36,549 bases of DNA from Deferrisomatales bacterium (lineage in GTDB: Bacteria; Desulfobacterota; Deferrisomatia; Deferrisomatales; JACRMM01), in assembly GCA_033551855.1 (NCBI GenBank), contig JAWSUI010000037.1, forward strand, positions 1 through 36,549, written 5' to 3'. This document shows, piece after piece, positions 26,418 to 33,399 of this stretch (positions within the stretch are counted from its first letter, which is position 1; each line of letters starts with the position of its first letter). The translations under genes and the position numbers were made by a program. The notes beneath the pieces are model-generated. The model was not told the DNA's origin. It was given only the letters and a program-made list of their open reading frames with translations, and made no database searches.

Positions 26418-27557
26418 TCACGGTGCCCGCCCGTGCCGGGGTAGCCGGCGCAGCTCCTCCAGGACGGTGTCGATCTCCTGGGCGGTCGTCTCCCTGCCGA
26501 GGCTCCAGCGCACCGCCCCGGCCGCGCGGCCGGGTTCGACCCCCATGGCCTGGAGCACGTGGGAGACGTGAATCCGCCCGGAGTGGCAGGCCGAGCCGGT
26601 GGAGGCCGCCACGCCCGGCAGACCCGCCAGGACCTCGCTGCCGAGGCGCCCCAGAAAGGAGACGTGCAGGGTGTTGGGCAGCACCGCGGACGTGCACCCG
26701 TTCCGGACGACCCGATCGCCGAAGAGCTCCTGGAGCCCGACCCAGAACCGGTCCCGGAGCTCCCGGGTCCGAGGCATCCCGAGGTCGCCTCCGGCCAGGG
26801 AGCAGGCGGCCCCCAGGCCGGCCGCCAGGAACGCGCTCTCCGTCCCGGCCCGCCGGCCCCCTTCGTGGCCGGCACCGTGGATCAGGGGGTGCAGGGGGGT
26901 CCCCTCCCGGACGTAGAGGGCACCTACTCCCTTGGGGGCACACAGCTTGTGGCCCGCGAGGGAGAGCAGGTCGACTCCGAGCTCGTCCACCCGGGAAGGG
27001 ATCTTCCCCACCGACTGGGCCGCGTCGGTGTGCAGGAGCACTCCGGCCTCTCGGCAGTACCGGGCGATCTCCGCCAGGGGCTGCACCGTCCCCACCTCGT
27101 TGTTGGCGTGCATGACGCTCACGAGCACCGTGCGGGGTCCGAGGGACCGCCGCACGTCCTCCGGGTCCACTCTCCCGCCGGCGTCCACCGGCACCCGGGT
27201 CACCCGCGCCCCCAGAGCCTCGAGCCACCGGCAGGGCTCCAGCACGGCGAGATGCTCGACGGCGGTGGTCACCAGGTGGTCCCCCCGCTCACGCAGGGCG
27301 AACCACGCGCCCTTGAGGGCGGCGTTGTTGGCCTCGCTCCCGCCGCTGGTGAGCACCACCTCCCCCGGCGTGCAGCCCAGGAGGTCCGCCACCCGACCCC
27401 TGCCCGCCTCCAAGGCCTCCCGCGCAAGCACGCCGGCCCAGTGAGCGCTCGACGGGTTCCCGAACCCGTCGCGGAGGAGGGGTTCCATGGCCCGGAGGGC
27501 CTCGGGCGCCACGGGGGTGGACGCGTTGTAGTCGAGATAGATGCGGCGTTCCGCCAT
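26418..27557 (-). CDS. Cysteine desulfurase (group I, IscS/NifS-like)
   Basis: IYLDYNAST, FGNPSS, TSGGSEANN, MHANNEVG, HTDAAQ, AGHK (PLP Lys), STGSACHS (catalytic Cys). Confidence 0.93.
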   Translation of the reverse strand: MAERRIYLDYNASTPVAPEALRAMEPLLRDGFGNPSSAHWAGVLAREALEAGRGRVADLLGCTPGEVVLTSGGSEANNAALKGAWFALRERGDHLVTTAVEHLAVLEPCRWLEALGARVTRVPVDAGGRVDPEDVRRSLGPRTVLVSVMHANNEVGTVQPLAEIARYCREAGVLLHTDAAQSVGKIPSRVDELGVDLLSLAGHKLCAPKGVGALYVREGTPLHPLIHGAGHEGGRRAGTESAFLAAGLGAACSLAGGDLGMPRTRELRDRFWVGLQELFGDRVVRNGCTSAVLPNTLHVSFLGRLGSEVLAGLPGVAASTGSACHSGRIHVSHVLQAMGVEPGRAAGAVRWSLGRETTAQEIDTVLEELRRLPRHGRAP

Positions 27558-27571
27558 CGCTTCGCTCCCGG

Positions 27572-28018
27572 TCACGCGTCCCGGCTGCGGGGCTCCCCCA
27601 GCCGTTCGATGTTGACGCCGGCCAGCGCCTTGACGGGGCAGGCGAGCTCGCACTGGCCGCACGCGGCGCACTTCTCCGCCGTGAACCGCACCTCCATGGT
27701 GCGGTGGTCCACCGCCAGCGCGCCGGTGCGGCACACCGCGGTGCAGGCCCCGCAGTGAACGCATCGCTCCTCGTCACGGCCGATGTTGTCGGCGATCAGT
27801 GTCACCTCGACCCCGGCCTGCTCCAGGTAGGCCACACCCCCGGCCACCCGCTCCGGGCCTCCCCGGAGCTCCAGGATCAGTCGCCCCTCGAGCCGGGGGA
27901 AGATCTTCGCCTCCAGGATGTTGAAGACCAGGTCGAACTCCCGGGCCAGGCGATAGATCACGGGCTGATACATCACGTCGGGCTTGAAGACCAGGAGGAC
28001 GTTCGTCGAGATCTCCAT
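27572..28018 (-). CDS. NIL domain-2x[4Fe-4S] ferredoxin (MA1822/MJ0099-like)
   Basis: NIL domain (QPVIYRLAREFDLVFNILEAKI) plus CVHCGACTAVC and CAACGQCELACP. Confidence 0.92.
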   Translation of the reverse strand: MEISTNVLLVFKPDVMYQPVIYRLAREFDLVFNILEAKIFPRLEGRLILELRGGPERVAGGVAYLEQAGVEVTLIADNIGRDEERCVHCGACTAVCRTGALAVDHRTMEVRFTAEKCAACGQCELACPVKALAGVNIERLGEPRSRDA

Positions 28019-28073
28019 GGACACTCCCTTCCCCCCGGCCGTCCTGCGTCCGCCTTTCGGCGGCGGGCGAACG

Positions 28074-28916
28074 TCAACTGCGCAGCGCCACGAGCTCCAC
28101 CTCCCCGACGGCGGCCAGCCGGTCCCCCAGCACCGCGAAGGCCCCCCGCACGCCGGGGACCGTCAGGGCCCACTCCACCGCTGCCGCCAGATTCCCCGGC
28201 TCCCGGACGCGATTGGCGACGGCGGTAGCCACCGCGTCCGCCAAGGCCGGGTCCGCCGCCACCGCGGTGGCGGCGTCAGCCCGGCCGTAGCTTAGGCTCG
28301 GGCCCACCGTTCCCGACGAAGTGCAGACCCCCAAGGGCGCGCTCCCCGGCGCTACCCGCAACCCGATCCGGCCGGAGAACGGAGATCCCCCGGCGAAGAG
28401 GCCGACGATCGTCTCGTCGGCGAGATCGAGAAAGACGTCCCCACCGTTCTCCACCAGGACCTCGAGCGACCAGCGGCGCAGCTCCCGTCCTACCGCCCCG
28501 GCGAGGGCTCCCGCCACCGCGGCCATGGGACCCACGCCCGCCGCCTGGCCCGCCGCGTACATGGACGCGATCACCGGCGGCAGGACCCCGCCGGGCTCCG
28601 ACAGGGGAGTCAGGGCCGTGGCGAAGGCCGGGCGGTCGGCGATGTGCGCCTCCACCTCGCGCCGGGCCCGCCGCGCAGCCTCCAGGGCTTCCGGTGAGAG
28701 GTCCCGGTCGGCTCGGAGGTAGAGATCCGTCGTCTCCACCCGCACCCGGAACGCGGTGCGCGGCCCGGCCGTCCGGGCGAAGGACCGATAGGTGCGCTCC
28801 CCCGCTCCCGGCCCGACGGGCGTCGCCGGGGGATCGACGAGGGAGCAGGTACCTCTGCCCGGCGACCCGTGACCGATGGGCCCGCCGGCCGGTCCCGTCC
28901 CCGGATCAGCGTGCAC
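28074..28916 (-). CDS. UPF0280/COG2122 ApbE-like protein (MA1715-like); start approximate
   Basis: ETTDL, VGPMAAVAGA, VENGGD, GVCTSSGTVGPSLSYGRADA, LADAVATAVAN. Confidence 0.9.
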   Translation of the reverse strand: MHADPGTGPAGGPIGHGSPGRGTCSLVDPPATPVGPGAGERTYRSFARTAGPRTAFRVRVETTDLYLRADRDLSPEALEAARRARREVEAHIADRPAFATALTPLSEPGGVLPPVIASMYAAGQAAGVGPMAAVAGALAGAVGRELRRWSLEVLVENGGDVFLDLADETIVGLFAGGSPFSGRIGLRVAPGSAPLGVCTSSGTVGPSLSYGRADAATAVAADPALADAVATAVANRVREPGNLAAAVEWALTVPGVRGAFAVLGDRLAAVGEVELVALRS

Positions 28917-30168
28917 CGTCGGCCGCCTCCCCGCTCTCCGGCCTTCGCTCGAGGCTCTCGACCCGTAGCCCCGTGCCCGTGGCGGTTCCCGCCCACGAGA
29001 CGCTGGCAAGCGGGACCTGCGGTTCCCCCAGGGTAAACCGCCCGGTGGAGATCCACTCCTTCAGGAGCTGCGCGATCTCCCGGGCCCTGGGAATGCTCGA
29101 GAGCGGCGAGGCCGGCACGTCCTTGCCCCGGACTGCGATCGTGCCCGCCTGGAGGTCTGCGTAGGTGACCTCCCCCAGGGGCTCTCCCTCGCCCTGGGGG
29201 TAGTCGCGGCCGTAGTCCACGACCGGGCACGTGATCTCCCGGTTCGAGACTCCGGTGAACCAGGCGAGCTCCTCGTGGAGCACCGGGATGGGCACGCCCA
29301 GGCCCACCATGAGGCTCGTCCCGTATCCCACCAGGCTGGCGCCCCGGAGGAAGCGGGGGTCCATCGCCTTGAGGTCCCCGGTGACCATCAGGGTTCCGGC
29401 TCCGCCGCGGGGCACGCCGCGCGCGTTGCGGGCGGCGGCCGGGGCGTGCTGGGTGCCGGCCCAGGAGATCACCCCCGGTGCGCCCCCCAGGAAGATCCGG
29501 GTGCCGGTGCCGAGGGTCCAGTAGTAGGGGTCGTTGAGCAGGGGGCTGAGCTCCCCGGCGGACGAGAACGTGGCGTTGGCCATCCGGGGCCGGAGCACGC
29601 CCATGTAGGTGTAGATGGTCCGATCCGAGAGGTTCACGGCGCAGTTGTAGTTCTGGTAGGCGTTGCGGGGGTTCACCAGGAGGGCGTTCCGGAAGTCCGC
29701 GAGCCGCATCTCGGACCGGTGCTCCCGCAGCGGGTAGCAGTCCGTGCCGTAGGACGTCGCCCGCAGGGTCACCTTCCGGCCCGCCACCAGGTCCTCGATG
29801 ACGTGGCCGCCGCCGTACGCGAAACGGCCGGGGTGGACCCGGTTGAGGGGGTCGTCCTCCGCCACCTGGGTGGCTCCCACGTAGCAGTCCACCGCGGCGA
29901 CCCCGGCGTACGCCTCCACCTCGTTCAGCCAAACCTTCGCCGCCTTCATCTTGGGCCGCGTGTGCCCGAAATTGAGGAACGCCCCGGAAGAGCACATGGT
30001 GCCGAAGGTGCCGGTGGTCACCACGTCCACCCGCCGGGCCGCCGCCTTGGCCCCCTCGGTGCCTACCACGTCGACCATCTCCTCGGCGGTGACGACCACC
30101 GCCTTGCCGGCGCGGATCTTCTCGTTGATCTCCGCTATCGTCTTCTGGACGGGGGGACGGTCGGGCAT
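28906..30168 (-). CDS. DUF39/COG1900 homocysteine biosynthesis protein (L-aspartate semialdehyde sulfurtransferase, MA1821/MJ0100-like), without CBS domains
   Basis: KTIAEINEKI..GKAVVVTAEE, VDVVTTGTFGTMCSSG, YGGGHVIEDL, YGTDCYP, NPRNAYQNY, LSPLLNDP; 420 aa. Confidence 0.92.
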   Translation of the reverse strand: MPDRPPVQKTIAEINEKIRAGKAVVVTAEEMVDVVGTEGAKAAARRVDVVTTGTFGTMCSSGAFLNFGHTRPKMKAAKVWLNEVEAYAGVAAVDCYVGATQVAEDDPLNRVHPGRFAYGGGHVIEDLVAGRKVTLRATSYGTDCYPLREHRSEMRLADFRNALLVNPRNAYQNYNCAVNLSDRTIYTYMGVLRPRMANATFSSAGELSPLLNDPYYWTLGTGTRIFLGGAPGVISWAGTQHAPAAARNARGVPRGGAGTLMVTGDLKAMDPRFLRGASLVGYGTSLMVGLGVPIPVLHEELAWFTGVSNREITCPVVDYGRDYPQGEGEPLGEVTYADLQAGTIAVRGKDVPASPLSSIPRAREIAQLLKEWISTGRFTLGEPQVPLASVSWAGTATGTGLRVESLERRPESGEAADGAR

Positions 30169-30252
30169 GGGGGTTCTCTTTCTCTTTCCTGGCGCGTCGG
30201 GGCGCCCCGAGTCTCCCCCAAGTGGGGGCCCGAGGTCCAGGGGGTCGTGTCT

Positions 30253-30439
30253 CCCAGGATTCCCCCCCTGTTCGGCGAGGGGCGTCCGGAAGCCCCGACG
30301 TTTCGCCCCGCGACCCGCGGCACGTCGAATGGGTGTCCCAGGCGCCCCGGTGCGCCGGGCTTCACCCGTCTTCGCCGACTCGGGCCCGACCGTGCAGGCT
30401 GCCTGGCCTCCGGCGCCGGGACTGGGGTACCATCCGGGC
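30253..30439 (-). repeat. Copy C of dispersed TIR-bounded intergenic element
   Basis: Minus strand acgggtgaagcccggcgc..gggacacccattcg..ccgcgggtcgcggggcgaaacgtcggggcttccgga..ggggaatcctggg aligns with A and B; the other end is decayed (atccgggc 30432-30439). Confidence 0.78.
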
Positions 30440-30440
30440 C

Positions 30441-30776
30441 ATGACACCGGAAGAGCGCTCCTGCCTCCTGGACGACCTGCAGCACGGGCGGACCTCCCGA
30501 AACCGGGAGTTGGAGCGGTTCGCCCGGCCCCCGGAGCGCGCGGTGCTCTCGGGTTACCGGATGGTCAAGGCGCTCCTGGGCGACGTGAGCCGGCCCGGGG
30601 TCCGGGTCCACGCTCGGTGGGTTCGGGGGGGAGAGAGCCTGGCCGTCGCCCTGGAGGATCCGGCGCTCCGGTACCGGCGCACGCTCCTCCTTTCCCCGTG
30701 GGAGGCGGCGTTCCTCGGCGGCGCGGGGGGGCCTGGGTTCGTCTTCCCCGTTGAGCGCCTTCCGGAGGTCCGGTGA
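30441..30776 (+). CDS. Hypothetical protein (111 aa) coupled to cysteine desulfurase
   Basis: Natural-looking composition, ATG start, GTGA overlap with the downstream desulfurase, TACCAT 7 nt upstream. Confidence 0.7.
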   Translation: MTPEERSCLLDDLQHGRTSRNRELERFARPPERAVLSGYRMVKALLGDVSRPGVRVHARWVRGGESLAVALEDPALRYRRTLLLSPWEAAFLGGAGGPGFVFPVERLPEVR

Positions 30777-31909
30777 CCGCCCCTGGCGACCGGGCGTACC
30801 TGGACTGGAACGCCTCGGCTCCCCTCAGGGCCGAGGCCAGGGACGCGCTCCTCGCGGCTCTGGACCGCTTCGGCAACCCCTCGAGCCCCCACCGGGAGGG
30901 CAGGGAGGCGAGGGCGCTCCTCGAGTCGTCTCGCGAGGACGTTGCGGCGCTCATGGGGTGCGAGCCGGGTGAGGTGGTCTTCACCAGCGGCGGCACCGAG
31001 GCCAACAACCTGGCCCTGGCGAGCCTGGCGGCCGGGGCCCGGCTGCGGTGCTTTGCCGCAGCGCGGCTGGAGCACCCCAGCGTGCTCCGTCCCCTCGAGG
31101 CGCTGGTGGACAGCGGCTGGGAGGCCCGCTGGATGCCCCTGGGGGAGGACGGGTGCGCGGAACCCTTTGTCTCTGCAGAGGTCGGTTTCGGGGTGCTCCA
31201 AGCGGCGAATCACGAGACCGGGGCCCTCCAGCCGGTGGGGCAGTTCCGAGGGGAGGCCGAGGAGGCGGGCCTCCCCTGGCACTGCGACGCGACGCAGGCG
31301 TGGGGGCGTGTGCCGCTGCGGGCGGGCGACCTCGGGTGCGCCACCGCCAGCCTCTCGGGGCACAAGCTCGGGGCGGCCAAGGGGGTGGGAGCCCTCTTCA
31401 TGCGCCGGGGCGGCAGAGTCGAGCCCCTCCTGTTGGGGGGCGTCCAGGAACGGGGGCGGCGGGCGGGGACCGAGAACCTTCCCGGGATCGCCTCCCTGGC
31501 GGCGGCCTGTGCTTGCGCGGCCAGGGATCGGGCGGCGGACGCGGCGTGGACGCAGGGGCTGCGGGACCGGGTGGTGAGCGCCGTCCAGGGCCTCGTGCCC
31601 CTGGCTTGGTGGAACGGGCCGGAGGACCCGGCGCGGCGGCTGCCGAACACGGCGAGCCTGTCCTTCCCGGGGATCGACGGGGAGACCCTCGTCCAGGCCC
31701 TGGACCTGGAGGGGGTCGCGGTGTCCGCCGGCACCGCGTGTGCCTCCGGCGCCGGGGAGCCGTCGCCGGTGCTGGCGGCCCTGGGAATCTCGGAGTGGCG
31801 GGTCCGCGGGGCGATCCGGGTGAGTCTGGGGCCCACGAGCCGCCCCGAGGACGTGGACCGCTTCCTGAATGCCCTGGCCCGGGTCCTGCCCCGGCTGAAG
31901 GGGGAGTGA
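30773..31909 (+). CDS. Cysteine desulfurase (group I), likely sulfur donor for MnmA
   Basis: YLDWNASAP, GNPSS, TSGGTEANN, ANHETG, HCDATQ, SGHK, SAGTACASG. Confidence 0.92.
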   Translation: MTAPGDRAYLDWNASAPLRAEARDALLAALDRFGNPSSPHREGREARALLESSREDVAALMGCEPGEVVFTSGGTEANNLALASLAAGARLRCFAAARLEHPSVLRPLEALVDSGWEARWMPLGEDGCAEPFVSAEVGFGVLQAANHETGALQPVGQFRGEAEEAGLPWHCDATQAWGRVPLRAGDLGCATASLSGHKLGAAKGVGALFMRRGGRVEPLLLGGVQERGRRAGTENLPGIASLAAACACAARDRAADAAWTQGLRDRVVSAVQGLVPLAWWNGPEDPARRLPNTASLSFPGIDGETLVQALDLEGVAVSAGTACASGAGEPSPVLAALGISEWRVRGAIRVSLGPTSRPEDVDRFLNALARVLPRLKGE

Positions 31910-32012
31910 GCGCAGGGCGTGGGGCAGCGGACCGCGGACCGACGACCGTGGGCGGGGCCCACCGGGCCGGAGGCCGGGCGCAGAGAGCACGGGGTGCAGG
32001 GCGTGGAGCCGG
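31910..32012 (+). repeat. Degenerate heptamer tandem repeats
   Basis: gcgcagg gcgtggg gcagcgg accgcgg accgacg accgtgg, and a second 7-periodic block from ~31978. Confidence 0.55.
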
Positions 32013-32061
32013 AGGCGGGGGACGCGAGGGACCGGGAGGAGGGGGGGCGGCCAGGCCGGGT

Positions 32062-33135
32062 ATGACCGGGAGCGGGTCGCGCAGGATCGCCGTGGGGCTG
32101 AGCGGCGGGGTGGACTCCTCGGTGGCCGCCGCGCTCCTGGTGAAAGAGGGCTGGGAGGTGGTGGGACTCACCCTCAAGGTGTGGGACCGGTCCCGGTGCT
32201 GCTCCCTCGAGGACGCCGATGACGCGCGCCGCGTGGCGCGGCACCTGGGGATCCCGTTCTACGTCCTCGACGCGCACGCGGCCTTTGCCGCCGATGTGGT
32301 GGAGCCCTTCGTGCGCTCCTATGCCGGGGGCCGCACCCCGAACCCCTGCGTGCTGTGCAACCGCCGCATCAAGTTCGGCTGGCTCCTGGACCGGTCCCGG
32401 GCTCTGGGGTGCGGCGCCCTCGCCACCGGACACTACGCCCGCCTGGAGGGGGAGGGGCCCGCGCGGCGCCTGCGCAAGGGCGCGGATCTCGCCAAGGACC
32501 AGTCCTACTTCCTCGTCCCGGAGGGGCCGTCGGTCTTGGAGAGGCTCCGCTTCCCCCTGGGGGGGATGACGAAGGCAGAGGTGCGCCGCTTCGCGGCGGA
32601 ACGGGGGCTCCCGGTGGCCCGGAAGGCCGAGAGCCAGGACGTGTGCTTCCTCCCCGAGGGCGGGCTGGCTTCCTTCCTGGAAGATCGGCTGGGCACCCGG
32701 CCGGGGGACATCGTGGACGCCGAGGGAACCGTCCTGGGGCGTCACCGGGGCGTGCACGCCTACACGGTGGGCCAGCGCCGAGGGCTGGGGGTGGCGGCGC
32801 GGGAGCGGCTCCACGTGCTCGCGGTGCACCCCGGAAAGGGGCAAGTGGTGGTGGGGCCCCGCCGAGAGGCGCTGGCCCAGGGCCTGCGCACCGGCGAACC
32901 GGTCTGGCTGGCGAGACCCCCGGACGGCCCCCGGCGGTGTGCCGTGAAGATCCGGTCTGCCGCACCCGAGGTCGCGTGCCGGGTGGAGGAGCGGGACGGA
33001 GGGCTTCTTGTGACCTTCGTCGAGCCCCAGTTCGGCGTGGCCCCCGGACAACTCGCGGTCTTCTACGAAGGCGACGTTGTCCTCGGAGGGGCATGGATAG
33101 AGGAAGCGGTGACCGCCGTGGGTCGTGGCCGGTAG
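32062..33135 (+). CDS. mnmA: tRNA-specific 2-thiouridylase MnmA
   Basis: SGGVDSS PP-loop, TPNPCVLCN, ATGHYA, KDQSYFL, ESQDVCF, YTVGQRRGLG, APGQ. Confidence 0.97.
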   Translation: MTGSGSRRIAVGLSGGVDSSVAAALLVKEGWEVVGLTLKVWDRSRCCSLEDADDARRVARHLGIPFYVLDAHAAFAADVVEPFVRSYAGGRTPNPCVLCNRRIKFGWLLDRSRALGCGALATGHYARLEGEGPARRLRKGADLAKDQSYFLVPEGPSVLERLRFPLGGMTKAEVRRFAAERGLPVARKAESQDVCFLPEGGLASFLEDRLGTRPGDIVDAEGTVLGRHRGVHAYTVGQRRGLGVAARERLHVLAVHPGKGQVVVGPRREALAQGLRTGEPVWLARPPDGPRRCAVKIRSAAPEVACRVEERDGGLLVTFVEPQFGVAPGQLAVFYEGDVVLGGAWIEEAVTAVGRGR

Positions 33136-33399
33136 GACGGGGGACGGAGGACGGTTCATTGGGTGGATTGGGTGGATTGGTGCAAGGGCAGCACCTGCCG
33201 GTGCAAGCGTTGGTAGGGTGGGTCGAGGGCAGCGGACCCACCAGAGGTGGGCAGGGATCGGGGGGCGGGGGACGGAGGACGGAGGAGCGAGAGGCTGAGA
33301 GTTGAAGACGGAGAACCCAAGGATGTCGTCCACCGCGGATCACCTCATCACCCCTCAGGCGTCACCGCTCACGGCTCAACGGTCACCGTTCACCCGTGA
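33136..33399 (+). repeat. Heptamer and nonamer repeat tracts between mnmA and mtaB and in the mtaB 5' end
   Basis: gacggNN x3 (33136-33156); attgggtgg x2.5 (33158-33180); gacggag x2 (~33270); NNNNTCA heptamers x6-7 (33351-33399). Confidence 0.7.

Noticed and set aside
26332..27228. N-terminal extensions or fusions in the ORF track (TolC 731 aa, MnmA 695 aa, PaaI 471 aa, DUF39 513 aa)
   Set aside because: The extensions are low-complexity and overlap other genes or repeats; downstream starts fit the family N-termini.
30169..30440. SAM-I, SAH, cobalamin, ZTP or T-box element upstream of DUF39
   Set aside because: No complete consensus found by eye, and most of the region is explained by repeat copy C.
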